In this document: positions 56,458-64,000 of the stretch, in pieces
Position numbering within the stretch: position 1 is the stretch's first letter
How the letters are laid out: the number at the start of each line of letters is the position of its first letter
Sequence record: MZ475895.1
Strand: one strand, 5' to 3'
Length of the DNA stretch: 64,000 nt
Translations under genes and position numbers: made by a program
The notes under the pieces: model-generated
What the model saw: the letters and a program-made list of their open reading frames with translations, nothing else
Told to the model about the DNA's origin: nothing
Databases searched by the model: none

Positions 56458-57105
56458 TTAATCATATAAAAATACACCAGCACGCAGACGCACTCTATCA
56501 ATAACTCCAAACGGTCCAGCGACATTTCCATATCTGCCTATAGCCCAAGGCGTATCGCTTACTTTCGGCATAGCCTGTACGACTTGAGCAACTTGTTGGC
56601 CATTGACAAAGATCGTGTGGGTCTTAGCTGTTGCGTCATAGACATACTTGAAAGGGACCATGCTCAAAGTCAACAGGCCGCCAAGAACACCAGACTGAGC
56701 AATTTGCTTTTCTGCCCATGAGCCGCCCGTGCTATACCAAACGCCTATGCGAATGTTAGAGCCATTCCATTGGTTCTGCATCAACAGCTCCACCTTGTCT
56801 GGGTTAGACTTTAGGTAGGACATGAATATGAACTGTGCTAACACATTCGTATCAGTCTGTGCATAGAGCAAATCAAGCGTATATGAGGCAGTCGTATCAA
56901 ACAGCAGATTACCTGCGGTCTTCACGTTACCACCACAGACAATACCTACATCAGACAGAGACAATGAAGAAGCAGCAAACTGATTGCCTACATAATCAGT
57001 GAACCCGTCTGCGGAGAAGTTGTCACGGTCAAAGGCCACCAGCTCATCGCCTGTGAACCAAGGAGGCACGTCCGCTATTTCGTATGAAACGACAGGAATA
57101 TGCAT
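56458..57105 (-). CDS. virion protein with LamG/concanavalin-like domain
   Basis: YTLDL...YVYD...IFVNGQQV...AIG...G.IDRVRL. Confidence 0.65.
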   Translation of the reverse strand: MHIPVVSYEIADVPPWFTGDELVAFDRDNFSADGFTDYVGNQFAASSLSLSDVGIVCGGNVKTAGNLLFDTTASYTLDLLYAQTDTNVLAQFIFMSYLKSNPDKVELLMQNQWNGSNIRIGVWYSTGGSWAEKQIAQSGVLGGLLTLSMVPFKYVYDATAKTHTIFVNGQQVAQVVQAMPKVSDTPWAIGRYGNVAGPFGVIDRVRLRAGVFLYD

Positions 57106-57106
57106 G

Positions 57107-57604
57107 TTAGAACTCCTTAGAGTCTCTGCATACAGTCGCTAAGAACTTACCGTTACGCAAGTTGTCTGAACTAAGAATCAGGTCAGCACCCGAACCCGCA
57201 GCACCGATAGTCAAGATCAAGAAGCCACCATACGGCGTGCTTGCAATGCTCTTGTTAAACACAATCACGTTGTACTGAGCAAGCAACTCGGTGATTGTTC
57301 CAGCAAACGTTCCCTGAAGTGTGGCAGCAAGTTTGAATTTATATTTATTGCCTGAACCGTGAATCCAGCGAACAGGATTGTTAGTCACAGACGTTAGGTC
57401 AAGCACAGCAGTTGCGCCAATCGCAGCCTGAACGGTAGTACCATCAGCAACTACGATGTTCGCAGGGTCAGGCACTTTCGCAAAGCAGATTGTTTTCTGC
57501 ATGTTTGAAAGGCCATACTTCAACGGCGGATCAGCAGCAGGACGTTTGCCTGCGTCTGGGATAACGATGCCGTTAGCGACCAGCGGGAAAGAAATGATTT
57601 CCAT
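57107..57604 (-). CDS. virion structural paralogue (short type)
   Basis: LTIGAAGSGADLIL; TAATTT 27 nt upstream. Confidence 0.6.
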   Translation of the reverse strand: MEIISFPLVANGIVIPDAGKRPAADPPLKYGLSNMQKTICFAKVPDPANIVVADGTTVQAAIGATAVLDLTSVTNNPVRWIHGSGNKYKFKLAATLQGTFAGTITELLAQYNVIVFNKSIASTPYGGFLILTIGAAGSGADLILSSDNLRNGKFLATVCRDSKEF

Positions 57605-57668
57605 TATAGTTCTCCAGTTGTTTCGCGTTTAAATTACTGACTGCATGTGGTAAGTGCGGAACACTATG

Positions 57669-58724
57669 CTACAGCGAAACGGTTTTTGTTAGCGCAACGT
57701 CTGTGATAGTTGCTACGGATATCTGAGGGATATCGCCAGGCAGCGTAGATGTAGCGTGAGTGAAGTCCGTACCTTCGCGCAGCACTTGCACCATACACGG
57801 ATGCTGTGGGTCAAACGCTATTGGAAGCATAGCCCACGTCAGTTTGGTTGCTGGCGTATCAGCACGCGTAACAAGAGGCACAGAATACAGACGATCTGTT
57901 TCAACAAAGTTCGTGGTGTTATTCAGCGCACCCTTTGAGTATGATGTGCTGTACGACCAACCACCTCCTGAGAAATAGCGCGTACCGTACACGTTAGTTC
58001 TCCACGAATACAGAACACGCAGGCTTCTAGCAGGCGCAGAACTCAACGTAGTCTGAGCATTGGCTATGAGCGCACTCTGACCTACAATACCAGACCGCAC
58101 CGTTACGTTCGTTGCGTCAGAGTAGGTATAGGTATCCATATAGACGTTAGTGATAGAGCTGGAATCACTAGAAGACCAGTTACCTATTGTGCCTATGTTA
58201 CCACTGTTAGAGTCAGACATGGGTACAGTCACACCTGTCTGCACTGCACACTTAGGGCTTAGGTTAGCTTCTGTGATTGTACTGTCAAATACAGGCAACA
58301 ACATAGAAGCAGATGAAGGAATGCGCTTACCATCAATGTTCGTATTGTCCAGTAAGCTGCCTTGCATTGTAACAACAGAACCTTCTGCAAACAAAGTACC
58401 GACGCTGTAGTAGCGTCTGAATACTTCTTGAGGAGTCCAGACAACGGATTCGGCAGCTGTAGGCAACGTTGACCCGTACGTAGGGTTATCTATCATTGTG
58501 TGATAGTATCGCATACTACGATAGCCTGCCATGCGCGTACATTGAAAGGTATCGTTTGCTACATACTGAGAGAACGAACGCGCCAAGTTAATCGTGTTCA
58601 TTGCAGAGGCTGCGGTAGACTGTGCTGTTGGAGGAACTGTGTCATCCGTGAACAGAAATACCCTTCTTCTAGCTAGTGCTAGTTTCTTCTCCAACAGCTT
58701 AGCCCCACTTGAGGCAAATAACAT
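57669..58724 (-). CDS. probable virion protein, MLFAS family copy 1
   Basis: MLFASSG...RRVFLF; S/T-rich. Confidence 0.65.
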   Translation of the reverse strand: MLFASSGAKLLEKKLALARRRVFLFTDDTVPPTAQSTAASAMNTINLARSFSQYVANDTFQCTRMAGYRSMRYYHTMIDNPTYGSTLPTAAESVVWTPQEVFRRYYSVGTLFAEGSVVTMQGSLLDNTNIDGKRIPSSASMLLPVFDSTITEANLSPKCAVQTGVTVPMSDSNSGNIGTIGNWSSSDSSSITNVYMDTYTYSDATNVTVRSGIVGQSALIANAQTTLSSAPARSLRVLYSWRTNVYGTRYFSGGGWSYSTSYSKGALNNTTNFVETDRLYSVPLVTRADTPATKLTWAMLPIAFDPQHPCMVQVLREGTDFTHATSTLPGDIPQISVATITDVALTKTVSL

Positions 58725-58733
58725 AAACTCTCC

Positions 58734-59768
58734 TTAGACAGAGATAACCGATGCAACCCCGGGGACAGCGAGCGTTTGGAGAAATGATACATCGGGCTCA
58801 ACGTTTGTCTGTTGCTGTACGTTGTTTTTGAAGTCAGTACCTTTGCGGAAGATCTCACAGCTAATCTTCTCGCCGTTCCATATAGGACAGCCCAGCCATT
58901 CAATGTCGAATGCAGGAGTGTCAGCAGGCGCAGTTGACGCAAAGCCGATCTTAACAACAGGCTTATGTTGAAGCGGAACGTCTACGTTACCTGGTCTGGA
59001 GTACGTCCAGGTATTCACGTTATTGCCTACAAGCGTGTTATAGATATAGTTCTGCACACCGTACACAGAGGCCATACCCGCAACAGGAGCGGAACCAAAC
59101 AGTCGTATGATATTACCTATCGAGGAAGAACCAAAGCTGATGTTGCCTTGAGCATATGAGTTATCCTCAGTTCCGTACGAGGCTCTTGATGCAAAGTACG
59201 TGTAGCTCCAACTGTTGTTACTACCACTGCCAGACGAGTTGTATGTGCCAGTCCTATCAGGGAAGTGACCACCTACTCCGTAAAGAGACGCGTACTTCTT
59301 AGGAATCAGCACGGTCTTTATCGTGCCAACAACAGGCAGATGGCTAGGGTTATACGTGTCATAAGCAGAAGGTGCAGACAACGACACAGGACCTGCCAGT
59401 GGGTTAGCAAACGAATTGTCTGCATTTAGATAGCTCATCACACCGTGCTTGAGAGCGCGTTGTTGGGCAGTAAGCGTATCTGACATGCTGAATATCGGTG
59501 AGTTGTTCACAGTGCGCTCATAGGCATCATGATTCACCTCAGCAGGAAAGAAATACTGACTCGCAATGCCACTGCATGAACACCCGAGTAGTTTGTTGTC
59601 TGCTACACTATACCCGATAGAGCGAGCTTCTACCATATTCTTTACCCATGCCACAGGGTCAGTGAGTGCAGCTTCTGGTGTTATTGAACTGTCAAACATG
59701 AAGGCACGCTTACGCGCAACAGCCATAAGCGTCTTCTGGATGTTTCCACCTGACGATGCAAAAATCAT
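58734..59768 (-). CDS. probable virion protein, MLFAS family copy 2
   Basis: MIFASSG...KRAFMFD. Confidence 0.65.
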   Translation of the reverse strand: MIFASSGGNIQKTLMAVARKRAFMFDSSITPEAALTDPVAWVKNMVEARSIGYSVADNKLLGCSCSGIASQYFFPAEVNHDAYERTVNNSPIFSMSDTLTAQQRALKHGVMSYLNADNSFANPLAGPVSLSAPSAYDTYNPSHLPVVGTIKTVLIPKKYASLYGVGGHFPDRTGTYNSSGSGSNNSWSYTYFASRASYGTEDNSYAQGNISFGSSSIGNIIRLFGSAPVAGMASVYGVQNYIYNTLVGNNVNTWTYSRPGNVDVPLQHKPVVKIGFASTAPADTPAFDIEWLGCPIWNGEKISCEIFRKGTDFKNNVQQQTNVEPDVSFLQTLAVPGVASVISV

Positions 59769-59777
59769 ATTATTGCC

Positions 59778-60875
59778 TCATAGCGTAATAGAGGACGGGG
59801 CATTGCACCAGTCTTTAACTGCTTGAGCAACTACCAAGTCAGCTTGTTGGGCTACTGTCGTCCCTGTCTGCTTAATATCGGCGGAATCGTCCTGTGCAAT
59901 ATCGAACATAGCGAGCCTGTACCCACCAACAGTCTCGTAAGCAATGGCACCAACAGTCAGCACACACGCACCATCATCAGCCATGCCTGTTACAATGACA
60001 GAAGGAACATCGGGAATAGTCATTGCATTCTGATCTGCGTTCGGCGTTAGTCCTTCATTGAATGAGTTGTTAGTGGTGCCTCCACCTATAGGGTACGTGG
60101 TGAAGCGCCGCTCCTGCATAGTGATTACCATAGCGCCCGACACAGTGTTGAATGCCTGGGGATCGAATACATCTGCCCAATTGCCATTCCCGCCATAAGT
60201 CGTATCGTTCGGCAGCATAATATCAATATAGTTTTGCGCCTGATAAGTATTAGGTATAGGGTAGAACACAGCAGACGAATAGAACTGGTCATAGTAATAG
60301 TTAACACCAGATTGACCTGAACTACGAAACGATATTGTCGCGTTATTGAGAAACTTAGGCTGGTACTGCGTCTTATTCTTCGTACTACGCATACTGGTGA
60401 CGATGCGCTGCGGATAAAGATACAAGCGAGAGGCCAGCTTTGCTTTATCGTACTGCCCAACAAGAGTAGAGCCAAGAATGTTGCTCGTCTTGTCTCCGAT
60501 AGTACCCCTGGGTGCGAGATACTTCACGGTGCAATAGCGGTCAGCTTGTTGGTCTGGCGTGTTGCCGTCTGAGGAAACGTTATACATGCCATTCCATGAA
60601 GCACTATTCGACGCGTTGTTCTGGTTGAATAGCTGAATGTTTGCGCTGTGTGCAGGGTAATAGCGATTGGACTTTACACCACTAAGCGCTGTTGATTTAA
60701 GAGCGTCTACGGTACCGCAAGTCATCGCACGACATTCAGGCACGGACTGTAATAGATACTGGCGCGCTTGTCTGATAGTGTCTTTACTGATTGTGCTGTC
60801 AAACAGATATAAGGAGGACATTGCACGAGTTCGCACAGCTTTATCTCGTACTCCTCCGACGGAAGCGAATAGCAT
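59778..60875 (-). CDS. probable virion protein, MLFAS family copy 3
   Basis: MLFASVG...SSLYLFD. Confidence 0.65.
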   Translation of the reverse strand: MLFASVGGVRDKAVRTRAMSSLYLFDSTISKDTIRQARQYLLQSVPECRAMTCGTVDALKSTALSGVKSNRYYPAHSANIQLFNQNNASNSASWNGMYNVSSDGNTPDQQADRYCTVKYLAPRGTIGDKTSNILGSTLVGQYDKAKLASRLYLYPQRIVTSMRSTKNKTQYQPKFLNNATISFRSSGQSGVNYYYDQFYSSAVFYPIPNTYQAQNYIDIMLPNDTTYGGNGNWADVFDPQAFNTVSGAMVITMQERRFTTYPIGGGTTNNSFNEGLTPNADQNAMTIPDVPSVIVTGMADDGACVLTVGAIAYETVGGYRLAMFDIAQDDSADIKQTGTTVAQQADLVVAQAVKDWCNAPSSITL

Positions 60876-60882
60876 AGCTACC

Positions 60883-61938
60883 TCATAGTGTGTAGGACTT
60901 CGTTGTTACTAAGGCAGCCAACACCGCACTCGAACAAGTAAAAGCAGGCTGAGTGCCTACCGAAGTGCCTGTCGTCAGTGTTAGGTCCGAACCAATGTCC
61001 ATCACCATAAGCTCGCTGGATTGTTCCGTGGCTACAGCGATAGCGCCAAAGCTCAATGCTGCATCTGGGTCATCGGCCTGAGTAACATCAATGTAAGGCA
61101 GTTCGACGCACACCTCATTGGGTGTACCGTTTCGCCAGTTCTGACCACTGCCATAGCTCGTATACCACGTGGCGTTAGCGAACCATGTGCGCGTGTAGTT
61201 ATACTGTGGGTTTATCATGTACAGACCGCCATACTCTGTACGCAGCGCACCTAAAGCAGTAGGCGTACTGTTTTCATAGTAACCAGCACCAACAGGGAAA
61301 GATACACCAGGCATCGTCCAGAATCGAGAAACACCAGAACCCAGAGAGATGAATCCAGGAGTTATGCTCTGCGTATAATCAAAGTAGTCCGTGCTCGTAC
61401 CGGTACGTCCTCCCATCGTGCTCTTTGGCCGGAGTTTAACGGACTTGCCGCCAAACAAAGAAAGCCGGGATGTAGGCAGCAGATACGTACGGCTCATGCT
61501 ATCGAATGAAGTAACACCACCGTAACCAGATTGCGTACCGAGCATGTTGCCTGTAGCGACATCAAAAGCAGCTTTAGTTGCAGGCGAGGCTACCGTAACA
61601 AAACGCGCAGCATAGTTCTCAACAGTCTGACCGTCGCTTATGCCATTAGTCAGACGGAAGAACCAACCGTTGTTACTGGACACAGGACTGAACTGACCGA
61701 TACGTCCTGTATGCGACAAATAAAACTTATTGTTCTTTATACCGCCTATAGCAGTAGCATCCAGAGTATTACCTGTCATTGTGTGCGTGCAGCTACGCGC
61801 TTCATGGCACACATTCAGCAAACCTACAGGAGTGCGAACATTCTGTTTGTCTACGGACGTGTCAAACAAAAATAGGTGCTGCATAGCGGACTTGCGAATG
61901 TTTTCCTGTATAACAGCTCCAGCAGAAACGAATAGCAT
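60883..61938 (-). CDS. probable virion protein, MLFAS family copy 4
   Basis: start MLFVSAG with AGGAG RBS; QHLFLFD. Confidence 0.65.
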   Translation of the reverse strand: MLFVSAGAVIQENIRKSAMQHLFLFDTSVDKQNVRTPVGLLNVCHEARSCTHTMTGNTLDATAIGGIKNNKFYLSHTGRIGQFSPVSSNNGWFFRLTNGISDGQTVENYAARFVTVASPATKAAFDVATGNMLGTQSGYGGVTSFDSMSRTYLLPTSRLSLFGGKSVKLRPKSTMGGRTGTSTDYFDYTQSITPGFISLGSGVSRFWTMPGVSFPVGAGYYENSTPTALGALRTEYGGLYMINPQYNYTRTWFANATWYTSYGSGQNWRNGTPNEVCVELPYIDVTQADDPDAALSFGAIAVATEQSSELMVMDIGSDLTLTTGTSVGTQPAFTCSSAVLAALVTTKSYTL

Positions 61939-61948
61939 ACAAGCTCCT

Positions 61949-61988
61949 AAAACGAAAGAGGGCAGACACCTTTCGATGCCCACCCTTT
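61949..61988 (-). terminator. intrinsic terminator
   Basis: minus strand AGGGTGGGCATC-GAAA-GGTGTCTGCCCT-CTTTCGTTTT. Confidence 0.75.
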
Positions 61989-61991
61989 AGA

Positions 61992-62573
61992 TCACACGAG
62001 CAGGCGTCCTGCGATAGTGATCGCCACACCGTTAAGCGTAGTATCAGCAGTATCAGGCGCAACGATGCGAAGCTGATCACCAGATACGAGAATGATTTCC
62101 TGATCTTGGTAAGCAGCAAGCGGAGCAAATACGCCAGATTTTGAACCAGCACCGAATGAGACGGTACCAAGCTGGATAACAGCCGCAGTTGCAGAGTCAT
62201 ACGCGCTGATCTTAAAAGCAGAAGCAGCGGTAGCAGCAACGTCGGCAGTAGCCAGAGAACCTGCAAAGTTTTTAGTGATAGCTGTTGTGCGCACAGAGAG
62301 GAAACGAGAAATCTCCTGGCCACCAGCGTAACGCTTGAGCACGTTCATGCCCAAGTCGTATGGGTTGTATGATTGTAGTTGATTAACCCACTTTGCTCGC
62401 ACTTGGCTATACACGTATAAGCCAGGCTGGTTAGCACCAGACACAGCAGTCAGGTTCCACACGCGGCCGTTAGTCGGGCTAGCAGGGAAAGTTGGGCCAG
62501 AAGAATTGGGATCACCTGGGGCGCGAACAATCTGAGAGTTCACACCTGCAAGCTGTAGACCGTAAGATAACAT
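61992..62573 (-). CDS. probable tail/collar fibre-associated protein
   Basis: FP..P..G..W...GLYVY...W fibre-type motif; AAGGAG RBS. Confidence 0.6.
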   Translation of the reverse strand: MLSYGLQLAGVNSQIVRAPGDPNSSGPTFPASPTNGRVWNLTAVSGANQPGLYVYSQVRAKWVNQLQSYNPYDLGMNVLKRYAGGQEISRFLSVRTTAITKNFAGSLATADVAATAASAFKISAYDSATAAVIQLGTVSFGAGSKSGVFAPLAAYQDQEIILVSGDQLRIVAPDTADTTLNGVAITIAGRLLV

Positions 62574-62584
62574 CAGTATTCTCC

Positions 62585-62806
62585 TTAGGCGATTCGCACT
62601 TCACCAGTCACCGCGTACGGGAAGGTAATCTTAACAGTGTCCGAGTCAACGATGACTACATCCAGCGGCAGCACTTGATGTAGCTTACCATCAGGTTGCA
62701 TAGTGCATGTAGTCACGGCGACAGGACGCCCGAAGTTGTGCAGAATCGTCCATTCAGAAGCAGGCGTGTCTTGCTTGAAGCTACGCCCCATCGAATAGTT
62801 GAGCAT
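62585..62806 (-). CDS. small virion protein with one W-x-I-x-HN module
   Basis: EWTILHNFGRPVAV...ITF...GEV. Confidence 0.65.
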   Translation of the reverse strand: MLNYSMGRSFKQDTPASEWTILHNFGRPVAVTTCTMQPDGKLHQVLPLDVVIVDSDTVKITFPYAVTGEVRIA

Positions 62807-62827
62807 AAGAGCCTCGCGATTGTGGCG

Positions 62828-63424
62828 TTAGTACAGGATTACAGTGCCAGACTCAGGATTGTCGAAGGTAATCGTCAACTGGCTGGTGCTGTCATGCACG
62901 ATAGACTTAGGCTGCACTTCATTCGCACCTTGATAGATACGCACCGCAGGGTTATAACCGAGATTATGCACAACAACCCACGTAGCCAGATTCTCGTAAG
63001 ATGCAGTGAATGCAACGGTAGGAGTAGGCAGACCTGACTCAACGCCAGACAACAGTACCGCAGTACCGGCCACAGCAGAAGGGAAGAGGACAACGATGTT
63101 GTTAGCATCATCAGCGTGAATTGAAGATGGCTGCACCACGTCACCATTCTCATCGTAGCACTGTACGATAGGCGTAGCGGTATTCATCTTGTGGTTAATC
63201 TCCCAACGAGACGAGGCAGTAGGTTGCGAGTAGCGAACCATAGTCATCTGTTGAGTTAATGGAACCCAGACAGGAACATCTTCGATAGACACGCAGAACA
63301 TCAGACGCTTGTCCATGAAGATAGCCATACCAGGCTTAGGGTTAAGAGGCCAGTCAGTCGCTACGTCAAACGCGAAGTTAGCAAGTGAGCCAAACTCTAA
63401 ATCAAGAGTCCCTAGGACTTTCAT
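62828..63424 (-). CDS. virion protein with two W-x-I-x-HN modules
   Basis: RWEINHKMN..P.VQCYD and TWVVVHNLGYNPAV. Confidence 0.7.
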   Translation of the reverse strand: MKVLGTLDLEFGSLANFAFDVATDWPLNPKPGMAIFMDKRLMFCVSIEDVPVWVPLTQQMTMVRYSQPTASSRWEINHKMNTATPIVQCYDENGDVVQPSSIHADDANNIVVLFPSAVAGTAVLLSGVESGLPTPTVAFTASYENLATWVVVHNLGYNPAVRIYQGANEVQPKSIVHDSTSQLTITFDNPESGTVILY

Positions 63425-63444
63425 AAATCTTTCTCCTGAGAGGT

Positions 63445-63474
63445 AAAAGGGGCAGGCAGAAGCCCACCCCTTTT
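63445..63474 (-). terminator. intrinsic terminator (A/T runs on both sides)
   Basis: minus strand AAAAGGGGTGGGC-TTCT-GCCTGCCCCTTTT. Confidence 0.75.
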
Positions 63475-63487
63475 GTATGTGTCGTTA

Positions 63488-64000
63488 TTACTCAGCCGGA
63501 GTGTAAGCGTTCGCACCAGTAACGAATGCGATTGCAACTTTCTTCTCGGTGGTCAGTTCAACACGCAGCGTGTTAGCGTCAACAAACACGACCTCATCAG
63601 GGATGATCTGATAGCCGGTATCATCAACGACGGTAACGGTACCGTATTTGACGCCTGCATTGTGTGCGAAGGTGTGAGTAGTGTTAGCCACGTCACCGCT
63701 TGCAGTTTTGTCGTACTGGTACAGCTTAGCAGCAGAACCGCTTGAGCCAGCAGCAATCGCATCGTCAACATATTTCTTGCTGACAACAGACTCATCAACC
63801 AGCGCTTCGGTGCCGGTCAGAGTAAGGGCTTCGACAGCGCCGCCTTCACCAGCGATGAAACCAGCGCTTTTTAAGGCGTCTTGGTCCACGATGATTTTGC
63901 TGTTGGTAGTGTCCTGTTTCAGGCCAGTACCCAGAGCAGCGCCTGCAATCTGCGCATAACCAACGCCACCATCAGTGATTGCCAGACCATCAGCAGTACG
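63488..64000 (-). CDS. C-terminal part of a fibre-like virion protein (starts beyond the window)
   Basis: Frame is open to position 64000 (RTADGLAITDGGVG...LGTGL...); ends with an HN module. Confidence 0.7.
   Translation of the reverse strand, partial: RTADGLAITDGGVGYAQIAGAALGTGLKQDTTNSKIIVDQDALKSAGFIAGEGGAVEALTLTGTEALVDESVVSKKYVDDAIAAGSSGSAAKLYQYDKTASGDVANTTHTFAHNAGVKYGTVTVVDDTGYQIIPDEVVFVDANTLRVELTTEKKVAIAFVTGANAYTPAE

Noticed and set aside
507-63959. Numerous antisense and off-frame ORFs in the supplied track (e.g. 5995-6963, 27827-28369, 31654-32316, 40852-41652, 55489-56409)
   Set aside because: They lie wholly within better-supported genes, lack RBS and motifs, and are typical codon-bias shadows
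1-64000. CRISPR array, tRNA or rRNA genes, IS/transposase, DGR
   Set aside because: No regularly spaced repeats, cloverleaf, transposase or reverse-transcriptase motifs seen by eye; tRNAscan, Infernal and a repeat finder would be needed to exclude them

Overview
A 64-kb segment of a large (jumbo-type) tailed dsDNA bacteriophage genome. It is densely coding, with no tRNA, rRNA or CRISPR array seen. Gene order and the paralogous fibre-like arrays recall the Erwinia Y3 / Dickeya JA-AD1 / Pseudomonas Lu11 jumbo myoviruses; this is inferred from memory, not searched. The + strand (1-46183) carries DnaB-like helicase, intein-containing terminase, probable portal, 5'-3' exonuclease, nucleotide enzymes (ThyA, dCMP deaminase, HD and MazG-like domains), Dam and many small accessory genes. 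The - strand (46242-64000) carries a lysis cassette and a large array of paralogous virion proteins. The main finding is a candidate DNA hypermodification pathway. A CmoA-like carboxy-SAM synthase is clustered with a GT-B glycosyltransferase, a DUF1611 P-loop protein and an asparagine-synthetase-like amide ligase. About 15 kb away is a ParB-coupled, intein-split C5-cytosine methyltransferase homologue whose motif-X Asn is replaced by Arg, the change expected of a carboxymethyltransferase. Also seen: two recurring promoter-like motifs (CTGTAAAT and intergenic TAATTT), a stand-alone peptide resembling the redox tail of ribonucleotide reductase, a frameshifted TOPRIM gene and a possible unimolecular spanin. 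Family assignments come from motif recognition only.
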